Shown here in pieces: positions 51,166 to 61,745 of a stretch of 64,000 nucleotides of DNA (positions are counted from its first letter, which is position 1; every line of letters starts with the position of its first letter). Both the position numbers and the translations under genes were made by a program. The notes under the pieces were generated by a model. It did no database searches, was not told where the DNA came from, and saw only the letters and a list, made by a program, of their open reading frames with translations. Source of the stretch: Antechinus flavipes (lineage: Eukaryota); assembly GCF_016432865.1 (NCBI RefSeq), contig NC_067403.1, positions 242,854,001 through 242,918,000 of the forward strand, given 5' to 3'.

Positions 51166-52860
51166 ATGGGACAGATATTTAGAAAACAGCCTGTTTCTGT
51201 TCAAGGAAAATGTTTAGAGAGCATTGTCAAAGTTATGGAAAGCCAAGGTTTAATTATAAGTTTACAGCAAATCACTGAACTTTTACAAACTGTAAAGGAC
51301 ATATGTCCTTGTTTCTCTCTTGATAAGGAATTAGATCTAAATGAATGGAAATTAGTTGGAGAGGATCTTTGTCAATTCTATGATAAAAATGGGCCTAACT
51401 CAATAATTAATACATATAATGTAACACAATTGGCTATAAGAAGTTATTTAAGTGATAGAATGATGAAAAGGAAAGTACAAGAGGAAGAAATGCCAACTTT
51501 ACTAGGTGAAAAGGAGGACGAATCAGATGAGAATGGAGTTAATTATAATTCTGAGTATGATACTTCACAGCAGGAGGAATTAGGTGATTCCACATCTCAT
51601 GACCCTCCCTCTGCAATTAACCCTTCATGTGTGGAACAAGGGGGAGGGAGAGAGACAGAAACACAGTCAGCTTCTCCTGTAAAGCAGAATTTGACAAGAT
51701 TAGAAAAAGCATTAATTAAAGCAAAAAATGAAGGAGAAGGTATATCTGATTTTATAAATGCATATCCTGTGATTGAAGAGCTCAACTCCTCAGGTCAAAA
51801 AGAGAGAAAATACACTCCTTTTAATTTGGGAAAAATTAAAGATTTGAAAAAGGGTTGCACTCTTTATGGGGCTACATCAACTTATGTGAAGATGTTACTG
51901 GATAATTTGTCTTATGAAATCTTAACCCCGAATGACTGGAAATCCATCACTAAAACTTGTCTAGAACCGGGACAAAATTTATTGTGGCTTTCGGAGTTTC
52001 ATGAATTATGTAGGATTCAAGCCCAATGCAATAGGCAAACAGGAGCTATTGTACAAGTTGCTTTTGACCAACTAACTGGAGAAGGTCAGTATGCAGAGAG
52101 TTCAGAACAGATTTATTATCCCATAACAGTGTATGAGCAAATTTCTAAGGCTGCAATAAAAGCTTGGAATTCTCTCCCTGGACAGAAAGATGGAAATAAT
52201 GCTTTCACAAAAATAGAGCAAGGTCCCAATGAACCTTTTGCAGATTTTGTGGGACGTTTACAAACAGCTGTAATAAGAACCATTGGAGACAATGCAGCAA
52301 CAGAAATAATGACTAAACATTTGGCTAAGGAAAATGCCAATGAGGTTTGCAAAAGAATTATATGGGGGCTAGACAAAGATGCTCCTTTAGAAGAAATCAT
52401 AAGACGCTGTGCCACAGTGGGCACAAATGCTTATTATGCCCAGACTATGATGAACATGGAAAGACAAGGTCCTTCTTGGCAGAGGAATTCTAGAGAAACT
52501 CGTCGATGTTTTCAGTGCGGAAAAATTGGACATTTGAGAGCTCATTGTAGATATGGAGATAGAGTGAGAAGACAGGGTGAGAGAAAACCCAAAACCCCAT
52601 GTCCAAAATGTAACAGAGGCTTTCACTGGGCCTCTAAATGTATATTGACCCAGAGGAATGAGAGGCAGGGCCCAGCTCTAAAGTATCAATCAAAGGATAG
52701 GTGGGGCATGATAGCAGCTGAGGTTACACCCAGAGAGACTTTAGAAATTCAGAACTCTGATGTCATCAACCAACAGAAAAGCAATCAGGATTACAGTTGG
52801 GAAGAATACAGGCCTTTTAAGACAACAAGACAATATCCAATGCAAACAACTCCAATGTAA
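51166..52860 (+). CDS. gag: Betaretrovirus-like Gag polyprotein, 564 aa, intact ORF
   Basis: MA motif ICPCF...LDLNEWKLVGEDL; CA start AYPV and KDLKKGCTLYGATSTYVKMLL; MHR IEQGPNEPFADFVGRL; two CCHC knuckles CFQCGKIGHLRAHC and CPKCNRGFHWASKC. Confidence 0.95.
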   Translation: MGQIFRKQPVSVQGKCLESIVKVMESQGLIISLQQITELLQTVKDICPCFSLDKELDLNEWKLVGEDLCQFYDKNGPNSIINTYNVTQLAIRSYLSDRMMKRKVQEEEMPTLLGEKEDESDENGVNYNSEYDTSQQEELGDSTSHDPPSAINPSCVEQGGGRETETQSASPVKQNLTRLEKALIKAKNEGEGISDFINAYPVIEELNSSGQKERKYTPFNLGKIKDLKKGCTLYGATSTYVKMLLDNLSYEILTPNDWKSITKTCLEPGQNLLWLSEFHELCRIQAQCNRQTGAIVQVAFDQLTGEGQYAESSEQIYYPITVYEQISKAAIKAWNSLPGQKDGNNAFTKIEQGPNEPFADFVGRLQTAVIRTIGDNAATEIMTKHLAKENANEVCKRIIWGLDKDAPLEEIIRRCATVGTNAYYAQTMMNMERQGPSWQRNSRETRRCFQCGKIGHLRAHCRYGDRVRRQGERKPKTPCPKCNRGFHWASKCILTQRNERQGPALKYQSKDRWGMIAAEVTPRETLEIQNSDVINQQKSNQDYSWEEYRPFKTTRQYPMQTTPM

Positions 52861-52861
52861 T

Positions 52862-52990
52862 TACCAGATGATGAGGAGAAATCCCAAACTTGGTAAATAG
52901 AAGGGAATTAGATTAACTGCATGGGGAAGAGGATCTGCTTATATTTCCACAGATGGAGAAAGAATCAGATGGCTGACTATGAAACTGTTA
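52862..52990 (+). pseudogene. pol: Integrase C-terminal domain remnant
   Basis: Frame from 52862 reads YQMMRRNPKLGK*KGIRLTAWGRGSAYISTDGERIRW. This matches the betaretroviral IN CTD pattern W(K)G....WGRG.A..S..GE...W, with TAG in place of TGG. Confidence 0.75.
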
Positions 52991-53300
52991 AAAAGACTTT
53001 TAAAAGCTTCAGGAATCATTGGATTTCCTAACACAAGATGAAACTGTTTTACTTCTTGAAAAACCAGCAAGAATCATTGGGTTCCCTGAGATGAAAAATT
53101 GTTGATGAGACTTTTGCAGTACTTCAGGGCTTACAGGAACTATTGGATTCCTGGCACATGAACTAATGGACAATGGAATCCTATTGGACTGTTTCTAGGA
53201 CTTATGGACATGTGTAAATTTTTAGGTTGATTCATGTTGTTACATTACTACTAGCCTGTGTTATATTGCTATGTACTTATGTAAATTATGTATAATGCCT

Positions 53301-53729
53301 CCCATATTGATGGATTTATGTATACCATGTATATCTGTTACAAAGTTCTGGCCCATATTGATGGATTTATGTATACCATGTATATCTGTTACAAAGTTCT
53401 GGCCCATATTGATGGATTTATGTATACCATGTATATCTGTTACAAAGTTCTGGCCCATATTGATGGATTTATGTATACCATGTATATCTGTTACAAAGTT
53501 CTGGCCCATATTGATGGATTTATGTATACCATGTATATCTGTTACAAAGTTCTGGCCCATATTGATGGATTTATGTATACCATGTATATCTGTTACAAAG
53601 TTCTGGCCCATATTGATGGATTTATGTATACCATGTATATCTGTTACAAAGTTCTGGCCCATATTGATGGATTTATGTATACCATGTATATCTGTTACAA
53701 AGTTCTGGCCCATATTGATGGATTTATGT
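53301..53729. repeat. Perfect 51-bp tandem array, 8 identical units plus 21 bp
   Basis: Unit cccatattgatggatttatgtataccatgtatatctgttacaaagttctgg starts at 53301, 53352 ... 53658, with a partial unit at 53709. Confidence 0.98.
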
Positions 53730-53762
53730 GTACCCCCTCAGAAACCCCCTATGTTTTAAAAC

Positions 53763-53778
53763 AAAAGAAAGGGGGAGA
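53763..53778 (+). promoter_or_regulatory. Polypurine tract
   Basis: AAAAGAAAGGGGGAGA immediately before the TGTTGG of the 3' LTR. Confidence 0.9.
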
Positions 53779-54024
53779 TGTTGGAATCTTTACTAACTGC
53801 TAACTAATTAGAGTTGATCTAATCTTACAAGAAGATGTTTTGGGCAGAACCTGAAACAAGGTACTAAGTAGAACTACCCATAATCCCTCTCTCTGGAAGG
53901 AGCATAAATAGGCCAATGGGCCAGTCGGAGAGGGCTTGGGAGAGTGAAGACGCTACAAGTCGAGATTTCAGCGGAATGACATGAAGAGTTGGAGCTGGCT
54001 GGAGGCTGAAGAAAGCAGAGGCAG
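53779..54024 (+). mobile_element. Truncated 3' LTR (first 246 bp, no poly(A) signal)
   Basis: Identical by eye to 50578-50823; breaks at agaggcag. Confidence 0.95.
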
Positions 54025-54279
54025 GGCCCAGCTCTAAAGTATCAATCAAAGGATAGGTGGGGCATGATAGCAGCTGAGGTTACACCCAGAGAGACTTTAG
54101 AAATTCAGAACTCTGATGTCATCAACCAACAGAAAAGCAATCAGGATTACAGTTGGGAAGAATACAGGCCTTTTAAGACAACAAGACAATATCCAATGCA
54201 AACAACTCCAATGTAATTACCAGATGATGAGGAGAAATCCCAAACTTGGTAAATAGAAGGGAATTAGATTAACTGCATG
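54017..54279 (+). repeat. Exact duplicate of ERV 52661-52923 (gag end and IN remnant start)
   Basis: 263 bp, identical by eye; shares the 8-bp agaggcag with the LTR. Confidence 0.95.
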
Positions 54280-54916
54280 AATATATTTATAAGAAAGATC
54301 TCATTATGATCATGTTATAAAAGATTCTTAACTGGTGATTATCCTTTCATTTGCATACAATTTGGTAAAAAAAAAAAAAGATAATTATTTTGTTGTTGTT
54401 ATGAGGATTAGCACATAATAGAATTATGACCTGTTTTTGTTAAATAATAGAGAAAATCAATAATTAATACTTAAAGGTACAATTTCTCATTACAGCTATG
54501 ACACTATACTCATTAATAAGGACCTACTATGTGGCTTTTTCCTTCTCATTTTGAGGTCATTTTATATTCCCCTCTATATATTCATTTTCTTTAAGTTTTA
54601 AAATGTATTATCATTTAGCTCTGATTAGCATCTCATGTTAATTTTATAGCTTTGGGTTAATTTTACTATGATCTAGTCCTTTTCATTTTCAATGTTGATA
54701 ATATTAGTTTCTGTTCCTTAATTTTTTTTTTTTACCAAATTATTTATTTGTTAATTTTACTTCCCAGTCTGGATTGCTTTGCTACCTCTTCTCTGTCTCT
54801 TAGAATTCTAGATTGCTTATGTCACTTTTAAAAAGACTATCTTCCATAGCTCTATATCCATCTCTCCTACAAAACAAGTATCAAAACAATTTCCTAAATC
54901 ATGAATACCCATACAC
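54280..54916. repeat. Host segment A', second copy carrying the empty integration site
   Basis: Ends catacac|tacaaatg with no LTR, whereas copy A ends catacac|TGTTGG. Confidence 0.95.
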
Positions 54917-55462
54917 TACAAATGTGAGTGTACATTATTGAAATTGCAAAATTGACCATAATAGTTTCAAAAAATATCCTAATAAAAACTTATGCGTTGG
55001 GAACCTTCACTTGGTGACAATAAAAAGATGGACAATTCCTCACCAAAAATAAGGAACACATGATTAAATGATCAAAAATGAACAAAAAAATTGGAATTGA
55101 GGAACAAGTAGACATAGTTTCACTAGATTATAGCAGTGGATGTTTAGCTGCTAAACTAGAGTATACTCGTGAATGTTTGACTTTGCTCACTGTAATCCAA
55201 AAGTGATTTGCTTCTTACATAAAATAGTGAAAATATAAGAAAGAAATAAAATAAACTTTTTTTTTTGGGGGGGGGTCAAATTTCAAGCAAAATAAGCATT
55301 GACCAAATAAATAAACCATATTGTTTAGCTAATAGAAACATAGGAGGTTTAGAATGGCAATTCAAAGCCATGTTACATCCAGACGAAAATAGAGTAGGGG
55401 CACATAGATGGATATGTCTTTAAATTCTTCCTTTGACATATACTGATTTTGATCACTTGATC

Positions 55463-55843
55463 TTTTTTTTTTTTTTTTTTTTTTTGAAACTGGTGAATTC
55501 CTTTTATTTTTTTTCCAGCCAGGGGAAAGAATTTATTAAGTTACATGAGCAGATCACATAGGGTTGTATTGTTAAATATCATTTTGCAATATTATTATCC
55601 TAAGATTCTTAAAAAACTTTTTTTTCTTTATGCATGGGTAATTTTACAGCACTGACAATTGCCAAACCTTTTGCTCCAATTTTTTTCCCTCCTTTCTCCC
55701 ATCCCCTCCTCCCAATGGCAGGTTGACCAATACATGTTAAATATGTTAAAGTATAAATTAAATACAATATAAGCATACATATCCTAACAGTTATTTTGCT
55801 GTATAAAAAGAATTGGAGTTTGAAATAGTGTACTATTAGCCTG
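55463..55843 (-). mobile_element. 5'-truncated L1 with probable 3' transduction
   Basis: TSD tgatcactt(g/a)atctttt at 55450 and 55844; 23-T tail; about 130 bp of unique sequence; short second T-run; then an L1 3' UTR (ttatgcatgggtaatttt...cctcccaatggcagg). Confidence 0.75.
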
Positions 55844-57012
55844 TGATCACTTAATCTTTTGGTATCTGGGGCAAGTCACTAAGATTTAACTTACAGAGAA
55901 ATTTCCATTGATAAGAGTTTCCTCATTCAAGAACTGACTGTACCAAAGAAACATCTTGTACCTATATCTATATGTTGCAATATGTGTGGTGTATTATTCT
56001 GTGTGTGTGTGCGTGTGCGCATGTGTGTGCGTGCATGTGTGTGTGTCTGAGAGAGAATATATGTGTGTTATTGAATGCTTGTGCATGAATTTATTTGCAC
56101 ATGTTTCTTTATAGCCGAGTTGAGGACATTGGATATAGTAAACATATCCATCAATCCGAGTTCAGCAGTAATAATAATAACAATAAAATAATAATTTATG
56201 ACCATTATATAGAATTTTAATATTTTCAAAATATTTTATATATTTTAATGCTATTTTATCATAACCCTTTTATATGTTTTTATTTTATATATGTTTTTAT
56301 GTTACAAATGAATAAATACAAGAGAAGTTACATACTTGCTAGATATTATACTTCAGGTCAGTTTCTCTGGTAGAATTTTAACTCCAATATTTTTTCTCTT
56401 AGAACTTCAAGTTGTCATTTCTAAATGTGTTTAAAAAAAACTAGAGATTTTCTTTTAATGAAAGCATTCAAACAATAAAAATTAAGTGAAACTTAAGTGA
56501 TCACTATTTGTACAGATTGTTCCACCCAAAAATAGGGAAATAAAAAGACTTGCTAACTGAACTTGGAGGGAAAGACATCTATTTATTGTGAGTGGCTATC
56601 AGCTGAAAATTTTATGCATTTTATTTTAAGATGTGTCATCTGCATAAATTTGAAGGCTGTAATGCTCTTCAACTCAAAATACTGGTGGGTCATATTTATA
56701 ATCCAGAATAGATTATCAATAATACTAATGCTAAGAGTATTCTGTTACTTCACTGTCCAAGCATAAATCATGGCCCTAAAAAACAAACAAACAAACAAAC
56801 AAGTTAACTCAGAAATTTGGTGGTCAGACAATTAACTTATGCCTTTATATCTCTTGCTATTTAAATGTAAAGCAATTACAATGCAGTTAACTAATTTTTA
56901 TTTCAAAAAATAAATGTCTTTACTACACATAATATACTATTTTAGGACCCCCAAAGGAGCTTACAATTTAACAAAGGGGATATGATATATACTTAAATAA
57001 ATAAGTTACTAG

Positions 57013-57510
57013 TTTATTGCTCTTCAGTCCTTCAGTTGTGTCTATTTGTGATGCCATGGATCCTTCACTATCTTCAATAATCTGTCCAAATTGATGATCA
57101 CTGTTTCCATGACTCTATGTCTCTCATCTTCTCCCTTCCCCTTTTCTTTTTGCCTTTGATCTTTCCCAGCATCAGGGCCTTTCCCAATGAATCCTGTCTT
57201 CTCATTATGTGTCCAAAGTATTTAATTCATATTTGTCTTTTCAGTGAATAGTTGTTCATTTATTTAAATATTGACTGATCTGATCTCTTTGCTATTCAAG
57301 TTTTGTTCAACAGAACAATTTGAAAGCAATACTTCTGCAGCTCTTAAATTTCCTTATAGACCCACTCACATACATTACTATTGTGGAAAAAGCAAAACTA
57401 TGGAAAAACAACAACTCTGACTTCATGAAATTTTATTGGCAAAGTCCTGCCTCTGCTTTTTAGTGTGCTGTTTACATTTGGCATAGCTTTCCTTCTAAAA
57501 AGTAAGTATT
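57013..57510 (-). mobile_element. BovB/RTE-clade LINE 3' fragment
   Basis: atctttcccagcatcagggcctttcccaatgaatcc and ggcaaagtcctgcctctgctttttagtgtgctg...catagctttccttc follow the recalled BovB 3' sequence (atctttcccagcatcagggtcttttccaatgag; ggcaaagtaatgtctctgctttttaatatgctg). Confidence 0.75.
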
Positions 57511-57769
57511 AACTCTTATTTTAAGTGTTTTGTATTTTATTATTAATTATATGTATCCTAATTTTTAACATTCATTTTTAAAACTAAAAATTTAATTTTT
57601 CTACTTCCCTTCTCTTTTCCCTCTTTGAAAAGACAATATTTTCATAAATGGCATACATATATATTATATATACACATATATGTGCAGTGGGGCATATCAT
57701 ATATGCATATCAGACATATTGCAAAAGTAAAAGAGAAAACATGATTTTTTAAAAAAGTATGTGTCAATC

Positions 57770-58190
57770 TGTATTTAAATGTCATGTTTTTTTCTTGAGT
57801 TGGATATGAGTTTTCCAATTCCTCTTAGAATTGTCTTCAATCATTGTATTGCTGAGAATAGCTGTCATTCAGCATTAAATATCATACAATGTTGCCATCA
57901 CCATGTACAATGTTCTCCTGGTTCTGCTCATTTCACTTTATATCAGTTCATGCAAATCTTCCCAAGTTTTTCTGAAGGCGTCCAACTGATTTTTATAGCA
58001 CAATAGCATTCCATGACACTCCTTTGTCACAACTTGTTCAAGCATTCCCCAACTGATGGGCATATTGTCAATCAAGTCAAGAGAATTGATATAATTATTT
58101 TGTACATATAAGTCCTTTTCCCTTTTTGTTTTATCTCTTTGGAGTGCAGACCTAGTAGTGGTATGCTGGGTGATTAGTGTGTATTATTTT
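57770..58190 (-). mobile_element. Degenerate L1 ORF2-end/3' UTR fragment
   Basis: Parallels 34481-34929 (atagcacaatagcattccatg...aacttgttcaagcattccccaactgatgggcat...cagacctagtagtgg). Confidence 0.65.
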
Positions 58191-59127
58191 GTAATCCTTT
58201 AGATATATGAACTAAAATGTTTTTGACTCATTTTTGAAAATGTTTGTTCTCTTCTAGACAAACAAGATGGAAAAGCTCCAATATTTCAGAACTTTCAAAG
58301 TAATACAATAGTGTTTACTTAAACAATAAGAACAATTACATGTTCACCAAGTTTATCTAATTAGGCTGAAATGCTCTTGAGAACTCATTACCTGCCATAG
58401 TTGAAGACATTTCAAAAAACTTACTCTACAAAACAACACCTGTTGAAAGTTAGGGCTCCAAAAATATTTTCCAAGGATTCCCTTGAAGATTATACTTATC
58501 AATCAAGAGAATTGTAGCTGAAATATTCAACTTTTCATGGGTGACATCTTCACTTCTCTCTGCTGACTATAACTGTATCATAGTCAGCTGGGTACTTGAG
58601 CTGTGTGCCTAGCCTAGCTGAATACAAAGGGCTCAAAGGTGAGACTCAGGGATTTAAAAACATATTTTTTGACTTCTGGATTGAAGGAGAATTTGGCCAG
58701 GCTTTTTAAAAAAGATTGAGTAGACATGTTGGTAGTTATACAATATCACCCCTGACTATTTACTATGCTTTTTTTTCCGGTGTAGTTTTCCCTGCCATTC
58801 TGTTCAATAATGTTAGCTATTCATCAAGTGGTCAAGATGTATGAATGGGTGTGTATATCGATGTAGTTTGAAAGAAGAGTTTATAAGCCTTAGAAGTAAT
58901 ATAATTTCCTTAATTTATAGAAGTTTGAAAATATTTTAGTACCTTTATGCCTCTCCTCCTAGAGATGACCATTTTTAACCACCACCAGTGCTAGCACTAC
59001 TACCACTCCATACAAATTTATAATTCTTCTGCTCTAAACAAAAGCATTTGTGAACCTTTGCCATATTACTCAATGTGATTTGTGTGTGTATGAGAGAGAA
59101 ACACAGACAGACATAGAGACACATACA

Positions 59128-59159
<32 letters not shown>

Positions 59160-60076
59160 TACACACACAAGAGAAAGACAAAGACAGAGAATGCATGGGG
59201 GTGGGGGGGTAGAGGGAGGAGAAGAGCTGATTCACATCCTCTGTGCCAGTCACCTTGAGAAGTTGTATTTTCTCCATCTCTCTTATATCACCTAAACAAT
59301 CAAGAAGGTCAAACTTATGCTATCTGTAGTGACCATAGAATTTCAAGACAGAAGAAAACTTAAAAACCATTTAGTCATTTAATAGATAATGAAATTGAAA
59401 CCCAGAGTGATGAAATAATTTTTTTCCACACAGATGCAAAGTTTCAGCATTATTTCAACCCAAGGCTTCTACCTTGAATCCCAGTTTTTTTTTTTTTTTC
59501 ACTGTAATGAAAGGATTTTGCAAATTATTTAGAACAAAATAAAACAAAACTAAGAAAGCCAATAGTTAGTCAGAGTTATTGTTTTGAACTTCTATACACT
59601 GTTATATTCATTGAAAATAGACATGTTTGGAAAGCAAATGTAGAATTTTAAAAATATGTCTAAAAAACTCCCATTTCTATCTTTTGAAATGACCATGAAT
59701 CTAATCATGATTGATGTGAAGATGATTTTTGTTCCATCTCTTTGTGAAAGGCAGAAAAAATGTTTGGTTTTTTTTTTAATGAAAAAGTTCATTTTAATTA
59801 TATCCTGCTTTGGGAAAAGTAGGCAAGTGATTTAATGAATTTATTTCTTGATTAGATAGTTTTGTTTTCCTAAAGTCAGGGTAGTAGTAGCTAAGAGATA
59901 GCATTGAGTGCGGGGGGAGCTATTGAAGGTAAGGGAGAGCAGAGAGAAGGTCTGAAAACAAGCAGTCTTGACAAGAAAGGAATGGGGCTGTGGGCTGAGG
60001 ATTTGTCCAGTGGATATGACTGTTGATTCAGAAAATGCTATAGAACACCATTAAAACCTATTAGTATGCAGAACAG

Positions 60077-60330
60077 AGGTAGGCAGGTATCAGAGTGGAT
60101 AAAGTGTCACTTATGGATTCAGAAAGACTCATCATTCCGAGTTCAAAACTGTTTTCAGACCCTTAAAAGCTGTGTGAAATTGAGTAAGTCATCTAATCAA
60201 GTTTGTTCATCCGTAAAATGATCTGGAGAAAGAAATGGCAAACCACTCTTGTATCTTTGCCAAAACCACTCAGCAAAATTAGGTCATAAAGAGTGGGACA
60301 TGATGAAATGACTGAACTACAACAACAAAA
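60077..60330 (+). mobile_element. MAR1-like SINE
   Basis: tctggagaaagaaatggcaaaccactcttgtatctttgccaaaacc...gaaatgactgaactacaacaac tail after a tRNA/CORE head. Confidence 0.75.
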
Positions 60331-61609
60331 TGCATGTAAGTCTCATAAATAATTAATATTTGGACATAAACCAGTTTGGAAAAACAAATCAGTAAATAGC
60401 TACAGAAAGGGAATAACAATTCAGTATTTACCTAATATATTTCTTGCTTATGTTATCATATTTAAAATTATTTTAAATAGAAAATTTTTGTGAAAGAAGA
60501 ATTTTTATGTTTTTAGTGTTTTGATCTTGTGTAAAATAGTTTCTCATATATATATTTCTCATGATTTTGTGGTTAAAATTATTAAATTGTGGCTAAAAAT
60601 AGTAGATAGTGACAATATTCATTTCTATTTTGTACATATTCAAATAAAGAAAAACATAATAATGAGCTGCTTATTTTACTTCTGAAACAACCTGAAAATT
60701 GGCAGATTTCTATGTATTCTTTTTCATAATTATATTAACACTTTCATATCCCTGGGGTTCTATACAACTCAAAGAAATGCTTGGGATTCTAATGACCTGG
60801 AAGCAAGATTTTTTTTTTCCTTTTTTCTTTGCATTTTTTTTTAACAAATAGACCAATTACAAAATATTTTAAGATGTGTAGAGCACATAATCTCATTAAG
60901 TGTATCAAACCACTGGAAGTTTATTCTAAATGTATAGCTGAAACTTATGTTAAGATATATTACATAACTTTCTTATGAAACTGATAAGTGACTGAGGCAC
61001 TATTTGCATTGTCTATTAGACTATAGTTCTATCCACTATACCTAGTCATTAGCTGGTGGACTACTTTCCTACTTTTATATCAGGGATTATGTTGCAGAAT
61101 TCTCATCAAGGTTAAGCTAAGAGTAGGAATAGATTGGTAGCATTTTTAATCCTTTATTGTATGGATTTATTACAAAACTCATAATATACCTAAGAGATTC
61201 AATAAAGCAAATTTCTTTAACAAATGAGGAAACTGAGCCTCAGAGAGATTAATTTTATTTCCCAAGATTTTAATCCTAGCTAATTGAAGACACAAGTCCT
61301 GCATTTTATTCCTCTAATTTTAGGTCAATGAATTATCCATTGCAATTAATTGTGTTGTAATTGTGAAGGAGTGCCATAGAATGAAGGCAGGAGGGTTATA
61401 GAAGAGGTATGGGAGAAGAATGGTGAATAAAAAGGAAGGGGGAAAAAAAAGCTCTCCCAACTTTAGGATTTAGAGAACAATACAGTGCATTGAAAAATGA
61501 ATGATTACTTAATTGTTCTCTAGGAATGTAAACATTTTGTCTTTTGATGGATACATTTAATAATTAGATATATTTTTCATTGACCATAATTCTTTTAAAA
61601 ATGTAATAC

Positions 61610-61745
61610 AGGAGGCAACTAGATGACCCAGTTCTAAAATCAGGAGGATCTGAGTTCATATCCAGCCTCAGACACTTACACTTACTAGCTGTGTGACCTT
61701 AGGCAAGTCACTTAACCCATATTGCGTCAACAACAACAATCCCCC
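61610..61745 (+). mobile_element. WSINE1-like SINE
   Basis: aatcaggaggatctgagttca...cctcagacacttacacttactagctgtgtgaccttaggcaagtcacttaaccc. Confidence 0.75.

Larger units (their letters stand above)
50578..54279 (+). mobile_element. Young, internally deleted betaretrovirus-like (ERVK-class) endogenous retrovirus with a rearranged 3' end
   Basis: 5' LTR, Lys-type PBS, splice donor, intact gag, IN remnant, tandem arrays, PPT, partial 3' LTR identical to the 5' LTR. Confidence 0.95.

Noticed and set aside
52650-52860. A -1 frameshifted pro ORF after gag
   Set aside because: The -1 frame has several stops, and no dUTPase or DTG/DSG protease motif is present in any frame.
53301-53729. 51-bp array as a CRISPR array or as a repeat protein (three 150-171 aa ORFs)
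   Set aside because: Units are directly adjacent with no spacers, there are no cas genes and the context is mammalian. The ORFs arise because the unit is a multiple of 3 and lacks stops in those frames.
6733-59295. Short ORFs rich in YI, HT, ER or SLS (6733, 27145, 33286, 38767, 39633, 58975 and similar)
   Set aside because: Translations of microsatellites.
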